From assembly GCA_021812425.1 (NCBI GenBank), contig JAKANM010000003.1, forward strand, positions 1-34,683: a stretch of DNA of 34,683 nt, read 5' to 3'. Origin of the DNA: a bacterium. GTDB lineage: Bacteria; Patescibacteriota; Patescibacteriia; Magasanikbacterales; GWA2-37-8. The notes under the pieces were generated by a model that was not told the origin of the DNA, made no database searches, and saw only the letters and a program-made list of their open reading frames with translations. Of this stretch, positions 16,803 through 25,157 are shown one piece after another; the first letter of the stretch is position 1; the number at the start of each line of letters is the position of its first letter. The position numbers were made by a program, and so were the translations under genes.

Positions 16803-18299
16803 ATGTCACGCACAATCTCCATTCCAAGCAAGCTAAGCATCAACGACATTATCGTCGGGCTGAAAAAGTATGCGCCGCTTTCTGAGTTGGATATTGTTTG
16901 GCGCGCTTACGATCTTGCTGAGAAAGCACACCATGGCCAACTAAGAAAATCCGGCGAACCTTATATCACCCACCCGCTTGCCACCGCCTATCTTCTCACC
17001 ACTATGCGCATCGATGTTCCAATCATCGCGGCGGCGCTCCTGCACGATGTCCCGGAGGACACAGCTGTCACCATCGAAGAAATCGAACGAGATTTTGGAA
17101 CCGACATCGCGGGAATGGTTCGCGGAATCACTAAACTCGGAAAATTAAAATATCGCGGCGCGCAAAGATACATAGAAAATCTTAGAAAAATGTTCGTGGC
17201 GATGGCCGAGGATGTGCGCGTGATGATCATAAAATTTGCTGATCGAATTCATAACCTCAGCACGCTTAGCGATCTTGAGGAAAAAAAACGCTACCGAATC
17301 GCTCTCGAGAGCATAGAAATTTACGCGCCAATCGCCCATCGGCTGGGCATGGGTGAATTCAAAGCTTTACTCGAAGATTTAGCCTTCCCTTTCGCCTACC
17401 CGAAAGAATACGATCGTACCAAAAAAATCCGCGACCGAATTTTTGATGAGGGCGAAGCTTATATCGATCGCGTGCTTGGATTATTACGAGAAGAACTTAA
17501 AGCTGCTGGCGTTAAATTCATCGATACCCATGGCCGTAAAAAACAGCTTTATAGTTTTTATCAAAAATTAATCAAAAAAAACTGGGAAACGGAAAAAATT
17601 TACGACATCGTCGCCCTCAGAATAATCGTCGCAGACATCGCCGACTGTTACGCTGCCTTAGGCGTCATACATAAACTATGGCGGCCGGCCAAAGGACGAA
17701 TCAAAGACTACATCGCACAGCCGAAACCGAACGGTTATTCTTCACTACATACAACCGTTTTTGGACTTGATGGCAAAATGATTGAATTTCAAATTCGCAC
17801 CCAACAAATGCATTATGAGGCTGAGTTTGGTATCGCCGCACACTGGCTGTACGACGAAAAAGGCGCGCGGTTGCCGGCCAAGGACATTATTTGGGCAAAA
17901 CAATTAGCTGACATCCAGGAGGAAATACTGCACAATTTAGCCGATCTCGAAACTCTAAAAATCGACTTTTTTCGCAATCGAATTTTTACTTTTACCCCGA
18001 AGGGTGATGTCATTGATTTACCGGAGGACGCGACGCCGGTCGATTTTGCTTATGCGGTTCACTCTGATATTGGCAACCACTACGCCGGCGCTAAGGTCAA
18101 CGATATTATGGTAAATTTAAACACACCTCTTAGAAGCGGTGATATTGTCGAAGTTATTGTTGATAAAAACCGAAAAAGTCCTAGCGCTGACTGGCTGAAA
18201 TCTGTCAAAACGCACCAGGCGCGGTCACAAATAAAAAACAAAATGCAGTCTCCCATCAATTCATTTGTGAAGATGATTTTACCGAAAAAGAAAGACTAA
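16803..18299 (+). CDS. rel: RelA/SpoT homologue (HD hydrolase + synthetase + TGS), C-terminally short
   Basis: H-x-GQ-x-RKSGEPY-x-x-HP, LHDVPED, ADR-x-HN, KDYIA-x-PKPNGY-x-SLHT, EFQIRT, FTPKG...TPVDFAYAVHS; ends at 498 aa. Confidence 0.93.
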   Translation: MSRTISIPSKLSINDIIVGLKKYAPLSELDIVWRAYDLAEKAHHGQLRKSGEPYITHPLATAYLLTTMRIDVPIIAAALLHDVPEDTAVTIEEIERDFGTDIAGMVRGITKLGKLKYRGAQRYIENLRKMFVAMAEDVRVMIIKFADRIHNLSTLSDLEEKKRYRIALESIEIYAPIAHRLGMGEFKALLEDLAFPFAYPKEYDRTKKIRDRIFDEGEAYIDRVLGLLREELKAAGVKFIDTHGRKKQLYSFYQKLIKKNWETEKIYDIVALRIIVADIADCYAALGVIHKLWRPAKGRIKDYIAQPKPNGYSSLHTTVFGLDGKMIEFQIRTQQMHYEAEFGIAAHWLYDEKGARLPAKDIIWAKQLADIQEEILHNLADLETLKIDFFRNRIFTFTPKGDVIDLPEDATPVDFAYAVHSDIGNHYAGAKVNDIMVNLNTPLRSGDIVEVIVDKNRKSPSADWLKSVKTHQARSQIKNKMQSPINSFVKMILPKKKD

Positions 18300-19150
18300 T
18301 CCAAAATCTTCCGAACAATCTCTTCCAGTTCTTCCTTGGAAAAAAAATGAATGGTAATGGTCCCCGCCTCACCTTTCTTAGTAACCGAAACCTTGGTACC
18401 AAGTTTCCCTCGAAGTTCCTCCTCTATATAGACGACGTTCGGATCGCGGCGGCTTACTGCGCCCTTATTCTCGCGAACCTTCTGCTCCAGATCGCGAACG
18501 GTAATTTTGTTGCCCAACATTGATTGCAATACTTCTGCTTGAGTTTTAGGATCGGCGATACCAAGAAGAGCTCTCGCCTGACTGGTGGAAATTTTTCCGT
18601 CCACTAGAGCGTTCTGCATTTCCTGTGGCAATGTGAGCAAACGAACCGCGTTGGCAATCGCCGGACGGCTTTTACCGACTTTCAGCGCCACGTCCTCCTG
18701 TGTAAGACCAAACTCTTCCATCAATCTCTGGTAGGCGAACGCCTCTTCAAGCGGATTAAGTTCAGAACGCTGAATATTTTCGATCAAAGCGACTTCTAAT
18801 TTTTGTTCATCCTTAAATTCTTTAACCAAAGCCGGAATAGTCGGAAGGTTAAGTAATTTTGACGCACGAAAACGCCGTTCGCCGGCGATCAGTTCATAAC
18901 CGCCGTCAGATTTTTCTGAAACTAAAATTGGCTGAAGAACGCCGTGTTCCCGGATAGAATCCGCAAGTTCCTGCAGATCTTCCTCCTTAAAATGCCGACG
19001 AGGCTGGTCAGGATTCGGCGTAATCTCCGACAGCGGTATCAGCCAAATACGTTCCGCTCCTGCGGATGTACCGTCGCCAGTATTGAATGTTTGTTTTTTT
19101 CGACCTGTGGTAGGGCTAAGTATCGCCCCAAGACCTCGACCCATGGACAT
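18296..19150 (-). CDS. parB: Chromosome partitioning protein ParB/Spo0J
   Basis: GRGL N-terminal peptide, PNP-x-QPR, IAGERRFRA, ENIQR, HTH TQEDVA...GKSRPAIAN. Confidence 0.96.
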   Translation of the reverse strand: MSMGRGLGAILSPTTGRKKQTFNTGDGTSAGAERIWLIPLSEITPNPDQPRRHFKEEDLQELADSIREHGVLQPILVSEKSDGGYELIAGERRFRASKLLNLPTIPALVKEFKDEQKLEVALIENIQRSELNPLEEAFAYQRLMEEFGLTQEDVALKVGKSRPAIANAVRLLTLPQEMQNALVDGKISTSQARALLGIADPKTQAEVLQSMLGNKITVRDLEQKVRENKGAVSRRDPNVVYIEEELRGKLGTKVSVTKKGEAGTITIHFFSKEELEEIVRKILD

Positions 19151-19156
19151 AAAAAT

Positions 19157-19930
19157 TTATTTATTTTTTTCAAAATAATCTAATACTTCACGCGCCAACC
19201 TCTCATAAGCCTTCGCGCCTTTGCCGTTCGGTTCATAATGAAAAATACTCTTGCCAAAACTCGGAGCCTCGGCGAGGCGAACAGTGCGAGGAATTACCGA
19301 TCTAAAAATATTATTTGGAAAAAACTTATACAATTCATGCATCACTTCATCGGATAAACGGTTTCTTCCGTCATACATCGTCAGTATCGCGCCGAGTACC
19401 TGCAGCTCCGGCTTGATATTCTCACGCACGAGGTCAATCGTACGGAGCAGTTGCCCAAGACCCTCGAGTGCGTAGTACTCAGCCTGCACTGGGATCAGAA
19501 TCTTGTCCGCGGCGACAAGACCGTTCAGAGTCAAAAGGCCAAGTGAAGGTGGAGAGTCAATCACAATAAAATCATAAGCGTGCTTTACTTCACTCAGAAT
19601 ATCAGATAATTTCGTTTCACGACCCTCTACATTTACGAGTTCAACATTCGCTCCAGCGAGATCGGGCGTCGAGGGAACAACACGCAGACCGGCATGAGCG
19701 GTATTAATAACAATATCATGCAATCGTTGCTCTGAAATCAACGCATGGTATAGACCTTTTTCAAGCTCCTGATTTTTGATACCAAGTCCGGAAGTGGCGT
19801 TGCCCTGTGGATCAAGATCAACCAACAACACGAACTTTCCGGAATCAGCCAAAGCAGCCGCCAAATTCAAAGCAGTGGTAGTCTTACCTACTCCACCTTT
19901 CTGATTTACGACCGAAATTGTCACTGACAT
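19157..19930 (-). CDS. parA: Chromosome partitioning ATPase ParA/Soj
   Basis: NQKGGVGKTT, DLDPQGNATSGLG, DSPPSLGLLT, PVQAEYYALEG, LAEAPSFG. Confidence 0.97.
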   Translation of the reverse strand: MSVTISVVNQKGGVGKTTTALNLAAALADSGKFVLLVDLDPQGNATSGLGIKNQELEKGLYHALISEQRLHDIVINTAHAGLRVVPSTPDLAGANVELVNVEGRETKLSDILSEVKHAYDFIVIDSPPSLGLLTLNGLVAADKILIPVQAEYYALEGLGQLLRTIDLVRENIKPELQVLGAILTMYDGRNRLSDEVMHELYKFFPNNIFRSVIPRTVRLAEAPSFGKSIFHYEPNGKGAKAYERLAREVLDYFEKNK

Positions 19931-19956
19931 AATAATTTGAGACTTTGAACACCTTT

Positions 19957-19985
19957 AGTTTATCATATTATCTGAGGATTGACAA
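19957..19985 (-). promoter_or_regulatory. Sigma70-type promoter for parAB
   Basis: Minus strand TTGTCA-N17-TAAACT with extended -10 TG. Confidence 0.6.
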
Positions 19986-20007
19986 AAGGCCAGTTTGTCG
20001 GTAAAAT
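19979..20007 (+). promoter_or_regulatory. Sigma70-type promoter for tRNA-Leu
   Basis: TTGACA-N17-TAAAAT. Confidence 0.75.
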
Positions 20008-20021
20008 TAACGTAATTTTAG

Positions 20022-20103
20022 GCCGCGATGGCGGAATTGGTAGACGCACACGACTCAAAATCGTGCGGAGCAATCCATGAGAGTTCGATTCTCTCTCGCG
20101 GCA
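20022..20103 (+). tRNA. tRNA-Leu(CAA)
   Basis: Acceptor GCCGCGA/TCGCGGC, anticodon arm CACGA-CT CAA AA-TCGTG, variable arm GGA-GCAA-TCC, T arm GAGAG-TTCGATT-CTCTC, discriminator A. CCA is not encoded. Confidence 0.95.
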
Positions 20104-20123
20104 CACATCAGGATCACCTTCAT

Positions 20124-21050
20124 ATGATAATGTATTCAGTACTATTGGCAGGAACAGCCATAATTTCAGTATTGCTTATTTATTCAAATTCGCCGGCTTT
20201 ATCGGCTGTCTTGTGGATATTATTAGCGGGTTTGTTTTACATTCATCTCGAACCGTACTTCCTGAAAGTTAGGAAATTTAACCACAAAATTCCAGGCCTC
20301 AAGACACCAATCAAAATAGCTTTTATTGCAGATCTTCAAACTAAGAAATTAAAGGGTAAAAAATTTCTTCACCGCGTGATCAAAAAAATAAATAACCTAA
20401 AACCGGATTTAGTTTTTATCGGTGGAGATTTAATTTCAAATGAATACTTCTTTGATGATAGTCAGATCAAATCGTTAGCAGAATTTTCGGTACTATCAAA
20501 AAACCTGCCGGTCTATGCCGTACTTGGCAATCATGAATACGGCATCGACTTCGACGAAAAAAAAGACCAACCCCATAAAATATTTTCCGATCGCCATGGG
20601 ACTGTGGTGGATGCCCTTAAAAATTTAGGGATAAGCGTCCTCCACAATTCGTTCGCGAACATTTCGGTACGCGGTCAGAATTTGGAACTTTATGGTACTG
20701 ACGATTTGTGGGCGGAGAATACTTCCTGGGAAAATATAAAATCTGCGAAAAATAATTTACCGCTTCTAGTACTGACGCATAATCCTGATACTATCCTGTC
20801 CTATCCGAAAAAAATAAAAAAACCGAGCTTAGTGCTTGCCGGACACACTCATGGCGGACAAATTCGTCTGCCATTTTTTGGGCCGGTTGGAAATGCAAAA
20901 TTAAAACTCGGTAAAAAATATTACGATGGATTTTTCAATTGGCATGGTATTTCTCTGTTTGTGACTCATGGCCTCGGCGAATCGCTTTTCGCGATCAGAT
21001 TTCTGACTCCACCTGAGATTGTTGAGGTGACATTACTTCCTGAAGCCTAA
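20124..21050 (+). CDS. Membrane-anchored metallophosphoesterase (YkuE/YaeI-like, calcineurin-like fold)
   Basis: Two N-terminal TMs; ADLQ, GGDL, LGNHE, THNPD, GHTHGGQ. The track start at 20028 lies inside tRNA-Leu, so the start is ATG 20124 or 20130. Confidence 0.9.
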   Translation: MIMYSVLLAGTAIISVLLIYSNSPALSAVLWILLAGLFYIHLEPYFLKVRKFNHKIPGLKTPIKIAFIADLQTKKLKGKKFLHRVIKKINNLKPDLVFIGGDLISNEYFFDDSQIKSLAEFSVLSKNLPVYAVLGNHEYGIDFDEKKDQPHKIFSDRHGTVVDALKNLGISVLHNSFANISVRGQNLELYGTDDLWAENTSWENIKSAKNNLPLLVLTHNPDTILSYPKKIKKPSLVLAGHTHGGQIRLPFFGPVGNAKLKLGKKYYDGFFNWHGISLFVTHGLGESLFAIRFLTPPEIVEVTLLPEA

Positions 21051-22336
21051 GGTTTTAGCCTGCCGATCGTCCTGGCAAACGGAATACATTCTCGGACATG
21101 CTCAACGCCAGTGATCCAACGCACCACGCGCTCGAGGCCGATGCCGAAACCGGAGTGCGGCACCGAACCGTAGCGACGCGTGTCCAAATACCACTCATAA
21201 TCCGCCTGATTCAAACCTTCAGTCCTCATACGTTCGATCAAAACATCAACATTTTCCTCGCGCTGGCTACCACCGATAATCTCTCCCCCGCCGTCGGTCG
21301 CTATTAAATCATCATTCAGCGCTAATTTGTTTTCCTTATCCAGCTTCATGTAGAACGGCTTAATTTCCTTCGGCCACTTTTCAATAAATACCGGGACTAA
21401 ACTATCTTTCGTCAACAATCCTTCATCATCGTTTCCCAAATCCTCGCCGTATTTAATGTCAGATCCAAGTTCATTTAATTTTTTGACCGCCGCGTCATAA
21501 GTATAGCGCGTAAATGGCGCGTCGGCTTTTTTTAATTTTTCGACGTCGCGTTCCAGCATTGTCAGTTCCTCTGCGCAATGTTGCAAGACATAACGAACAA
21601 TATACCTTACCAGCCCTTCTTGAATATTTAAATTTTCATCATGTTCGACAAAAGCGGCCTCCGCGTCCATCATCCAAAATTCGGTAAGATGGCGTTTGGT
21701 CTTGCTTTTTTCGGCGCGAAAAACCGGCCCAAAATCATAACAACGCCCGACCGAAGCGATCGCCGCTTCAATATAAAGCTGTCCGGACTGTGAAAGATAA
21801 GCGGTGCCAAGATCAAAATATGGTACCGGAAATAAAGTAGTCGTCCCTTCACAGGCATTCGGAGTGAAAACCGGCGAATCAACTTTGATGAAAAAATTTT
21901 GATGCAAATACTCGCCGATGGCGGTAATTACTGAATCACGGATTCGCAAAATAGCCCACTGCCGTTTGCTACGCAGCCAAAGATGGCGGTTGTCCATGAG
22001 AAAATCGGGACCGTGTTCCTTTTTGGCAATCGGAAAATCCTCCGAGCGCTGAATAACTTTCAAATCGGTCACTTGAAGCTCAAAGACATTCTCACGTTTC
22101 GGATGTTTCGCTACTTTGCCTGTGATCATGACTGATGATTCCTGTGTGCTATTTTCGGTAGCCGCCCAGGCTGAATCACTGAGCGAATTTTTCGCCGCTA
22201 CTGCCTGCGTCCAACCCTGACCATCACGAATTTCAAGAAACGAAATCGGTCCCGAGGAACGTTTGTTGTGAACCCAACCGCGAATAGTCACTTCCTGTCC
22301 AACAAAATCCCTGAATTGACTGATGTAAATATTCAT
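21047..22336 (-). CDS. asnS: Asparagine--tRNA ligase
   Basis: OB-fold N-terminus (GWV-x-NKR), LSQSGQLY, FRAEKS-x-T-x-RHLTEFWM, EIIGGSQRE, YGSVPHSGFGIGLER. Confidence 0.95.
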   Translation of the reverse strand: MNIYISQFRDFVGQEVTIRGWVHNKRSSGPISFLEIRDGQGWTQAVAAKNSLSDSAWAATENSTQESSVMITGKVAKHPKRENVFELQVTDLKVIQRSEDFPIAKKEHGPDFLMDNRHLWLRSKRQWAILRIRDSVITAIGEYLHQNFFIKVDSPVFTPNACEGTTTLFPVPYFDLGTAYLSQSGQLYIEAAIASVGRCYDFGPVFRAEKSKTKRHLTEFWMMDAEAAFVEHDENLNIQEGLVRYIVRYVLQHCAEELTMLERDVEKLKKADAPFTRYTYDAAVKKLNELGSDIKYGEDLGNDDEGLLTKDSLVPVFIEKWPKEIKPFYMKLDKENKLALNDDLIATDGGGEIIGGSQREENVDVLIERMRTEGLNQADYEWYLDTRRYGSVPHSGFGIGLERVVRWITGVEHVRECIPFARTIGRLKP

Positions 22337-22337
22337 A

Positions 22338-22889
22338 CTATCTAATTTGTGAAAAACTACACAGCTTTTCCCTTAAATTAACAACGTCAGCGATTTTACG
22401 ATTCAAATGATACTCCGCATAGGGAATTACCCAGGAATCAGCAACTTTGGCTGTAACCGGGGCAAAACCCAGCATACTCATAAACCTTAGAATAAAATCA
22501 TAGGCGATCTTCATATTTACTTCCTCTGCAAAATCCAGATTATTCAAAAAACTTAACAATAAATCGAAAATTTTCTCATCTTTTTCTCCTGGCTGGACTA
22601 CTTCATTAACCAGATTAAGACAATAACATCCTAGTAAATTTTTCTCAAAATTATTACGAATATTGTGAAAAATTTTTATTACCTGCGCCCTAGTAACATA
22701 TGTAAGTTCCCGGCCAGGCGCGAGCTCAATTTCTAATAGCGCGAACGGTTCCAAGGCGGATGAATTTTTTGAAATTATTTTTTTTACACCACGGGCGATG
22801 GTTTCAATCTTTCCAGTCTCTTTGGTATAAAATCCGATCTGCTGGTCATATTCGCGAAAATCACGACGACTGAGAGTTAGGGCGAACAT
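22338..22889 (-). CDS. recO: DNA repair protein RecO (short form)
   Basis: RecO N-terminal OB fold (R-x-D-x-RE-x-D, T-x3-GK-x4-ARG-x-KK-x-x-SK, LEPF) plus helical domain; 183 aa, no zinc finger. Confidence 0.88.
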   Translation of the reverse strand: MFALTLSRRDFREYDQQIGFYTKETGKIETIARGVKKIISKNSSALEPFALLEIELAPGRELTYVTRAQVIKIFHNIRNNFEKNLLGCYCLNLVNEVVQPGEKDEKIFDLLLSFLNNLDFAEEVNMKIAYDFILRFMSMLGFAPVTAKVADSWVIPYAEYHLNRKIADVVNLREKLCSFSQIR

Positions 22890-22894
22890 ACTGA

Positions 22895-23287
22895 TTATTT
22901 ATTCTTCTTTCGACTTTCGAGATAACTCTCAAGAATTATCATTGCCGCTCTCTCGTCTCGGCTCACACCCGCGCCAGCGGCATCCGCCGCATAGGAGGAA
23001 AACCGTTCATCATGATATTCGATCGGGATCTCGATAAGTTTACGCAGTTCAAACACAAATTTTTTTACTCGTTCGGTATTTGCATTTTCTTTGCCATTAA
23101 GACCGAGTGGAAAACCAACAACAATCTGCTTGGGGTTTTCTTTAGAAATTATTTCCGCGAGTTCTTCTACTTTTTTTTTAAGACTAACTTTCTCCACCAA
23201 ACCAAACGGCAATATAACCCCGAGACTGGTGTCAGTCCAGGCGAGGCCAATTCGTTTCGAACCATAATCTACGGCCAGGATGTTCAT
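22895..23287 (-). CDS. ruvX: YqgF/RuvX family nuclease (putative pre-16S rRNA nuclease)
   Basis: ILAVDYG-x-KRIGLA, IVVG-x-PL, DERFSS, D-x-x-AA-x-IIL. Confidence 0.93.
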   Translation of the reverse strand: MNILAVDYGSKRIGLAWTDTSLGVILPFGLVEKVSLKKKVEELAEIISKENPKQIVVGFPLGLNGKENANTERVKKFVFELRKLIEIPIEYHDERFSSYAADAAGAGVSRDERAAMIILESYLESRKKNK

Positions 23288-24078
23288 ATGGTTTCATGGG
23301 GTCTTCTGGTCGCCACGATATTTCCGTCTTTTGTAACCACAATCGTATGTTCAAAATGCGCCGCAAGCGAACCATCGGCCATTTTTATGGTCCAGCCGTC
23401 CGGCATGGTTTTAACTCGCCAATCACCAAGCGCGATCATCGGCTCAATCGCAACTACCATTCCCGGTTCAAATTTTATTTTTTCCAAATAATGGTCATGA
23501 TAATTCGGAATAAATGGCTCCTCATGAATAGCGTGCCCGACGCCATGCCCTGTAAGATCCCTGACAATTCCATAATTGCCTTGCGACTTCACGTATAACT
23601 CAATTGCTTTACCGACACTGGCAATCGAATTCCCAGGCTTTACCGCCGCAATGCCTTTTTCCAAAGCCTTGCGCGTAACATCGAGTAGCTTAGAAGTTTT
23701 TTCGGGTATCTTTCCGATCGGAACGGTCAAAGCCGTATCAGTAAAAACACCGCCGCGCGCTGGCCACTGCATCCCGATGTCGATGCTAAATATATCACCG
23801 TCTTTCAAAAAAACATTCTTGCGAGGTATCCCATGAACCAATTCTTCATTTAAGGAAGCGCAGATGGTTGCTGGAAATGGAACATCAGACGTATAAGTTT
23901 TATAACCCTTAAAGGCTGGTTTGCCACCGGCCTTCCTGATCATTTTTTCAGCCTGCTTGTCGATCTCAAAAGTTGAGATCCCGGGACGACAAAGTGCAGC
24001 GACCATTTCAAGTATCTCACCAATCCGTTTACCATTTTCGATCAAATTTTTTATGTCTTCTTCGGTTTTAAATTTCAT
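23284..24078 (-). CDS. map: Methionine aminopeptidase type I
   Basis: CAS-x-NEE-x-VHGIP, SIDIG, DTA, GHGVG-x3-HEEP, AIEPM, AHFEHT. Confidence 0.97.
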   Translation of the reverse strand: MKFKTEEDIKNLIENGKRIGEILEMVAALCRPGISTFEIDKQAEKMIRKAGGKPAFKGYKTYTSDVPFPATICASLNEELVHGIPRKNVFLKDGDIFSIDIGMQWPARGGVFTDTALTVPIGKIPEKTSKLLDVTRKALEKGIAAVKPGNSIASVGKAIELYVKSQGNYGIVRDLTGHGVGHAIHEEPFIPNYHDHYLEKIKFEPGMVVAIEPMIALGDWRVKTMPDGWTIKMADGSLAAHFEHTIVVTKDGNIVATRRPHETI

Positions 24079-24080
24079 AA

Positions 24081-24128
24081 TCGTGATAAGTTCGAGCGAA
24101 TAGAATATATGCGGCGAAGCCGATATGT
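24081..24128. repeat. Variant/partial copy of the dispersed hairpin element
   Basis: Minus strand CATATATTCTATTCGCTCGAA (24091-24111) matches copy 1 CATATATTCTCATTCGCTCGAA with a single indel. Plus strand contains a CGGC-GAA-GCCG hairpin. Confidence 0.7.
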
Positions 24129-24129
24129 A

Positions 24130-24786
24130 TTATAATAATTTTTTTTCAATCAGCTTAAATACATCCGCGATTGACTTAGTACCATCAACTGTGTGCAAAA
24201 TTCCAAGCTTTCGGTAATATTCCAGGATGGGCGCGATTGCTCTGTTGCCTTGGACATCGATTCTTTTCATTACAACCTCCGGAGCGTCATCAGCGCGCAT
24301 TTCCAATTTGCCGCCGCATTTTGAACACACAGTCTCCGGATTTTTCAAATTAACAGTTAAAATTTCTCCGCATTGGCTACACATCCGTCTGCCGGCCAAA
24401 CGCTTAAATGATTCTTTATCCGGAATCGCCACTTCAATCGCCAATACGTCGTTGATTTTTCCTTTTGATTCAAAAAATTTCTGGTACTCTTTGGCTTGGG
24501 CCAAATTTCTTACCGCACCATCAAGTACGACTCCCTCACCTTTCTTAAACAGCGACTCCAGCGCGGAAAATGCCAATTTATAAATAAACTCATCGCTCGC
24601 GAGTTGACCATTCCTGATATTTTCTAAATTAAGCTTCTCCTCTGCGGAAAGTTTTGATTTTTTTTCAAGCGCGCGAAGCAGATCACCGGTCGAAAGATGG
24701 GAATAGTAGTATTTCCTTGCTAAATTTTTAGCTTGCGTCCCCTTTCCAGATCCCGGAACGCCTAAAAAAATAATGATCTTTTTCAC
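24130..24786 (-). CDS. adk: Adenylate kinase (long form, CxxC/CxxC LID)
   Basis: GVPGSGKGTQA, HLSTGDLLR, LDG-x-x-R, LID CSQC...CSKC, R-x-DD; GTG start. Confidence 0.95.
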   Translation of the reverse strand: MKKIIIFLGVPGSGKGTQAKNLARKYYYSHLSTGDLLRALEKKSKLSAEEKLNLENIRNGQLASDEFIYKLAFSALESLFKKGEGVVLDGAVRNLAQAKEYQKFFESKGKINDVLAIEVAIPDKESFKRLAGRRMCSQCGEILTVNLKNPETVCSKCGGKLEMRADDAPEVVMKRIDVQGNRAIAPILEYYRKLGILHTVDGTKSIADVFKLIEKKLL

Positions 24787-24810
24787 AATGGCTTAACTAA
24801 AGACTAACGT

Positions 24811-24839
24811 ATACTAGCAAAAAACAAGAGGAATTTCAA
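24811..24839 (-). promoter_or_regulatory. Sigma70-type promoter for adk-map-ruvX-recO-asnS
   Basis: Minus strand TTGAAA-N17-TAGTAT with extended -10 TG. Confidence 0.65.
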
Positions 24840-24845
24840 GGTTTG

Positions 24846-24880
24846 AAAAATAAGAGCCGGTACCTCGAAAGATCCGGCTC
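24846..24880 (-). terminator. Intrinsic terminator after the 85-aa ORF
   Basis: Minus strand GAGCCGG-ATCT-TTCG-AGGT-A-CCGGCTC followed by TTATTTTT. Confidence 0.75.
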
Positions 24881-24899
24881 ATGGAGCAGATTGATCCGC

Positions 24900-25157
24900 T
24901 CACTTCTTCGACGGTGCGAAGTAATCCGTCAGTTCGTTCTTCACCTGATCGCAGGGGATCGGGACCACAAACATTCCATAACAAAGATTCACCTTTACGG
25001 GGTCACGGAAATAAACCGCTTTGGTTTCACAGACTTTCTGCGCCGGCGTTTTTGCGGCCGCTAGGTAAACAAAAAGCGGGAACATAAACACCGCCACAAC
25101 CACATACCCAAACACCGCACACAAAAAGGTTACAACGAGTTTTTCACCGACGTTCAC
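24900..25157 (-). CDS. Small single-TM hypothetical protein (85 aa)
   Basis: GTG start with AGGAG 7 nt upstream; N-terminal hydrophobic helix; three Cys in the soluble part; flanked by its own promoter and terminator. Confidence 0.7.
   Translation of the reverse strand: MNVGEKLVVTFLCAVFGYVVVAVFMFPLFVYLAAAKTPAQKVCETKAVYFRDPVKVNLCYGMFVVPIPCDQVKNELTDYFAPSKK

Noticed and set aside
8740-20103. Prophage or island integrated at one of the tRNAs
   Set aside because: No integrase and no duplicated tRNA 3' end were seen, and the flanking genes are mostly housekeeping.
20028-20123. N-terminal extension MAELVDAHDSKS... of the 340-aa ORF
   Set aside because: It is the translation of tRNA-Leu; the real start is at 20124 or 20130.
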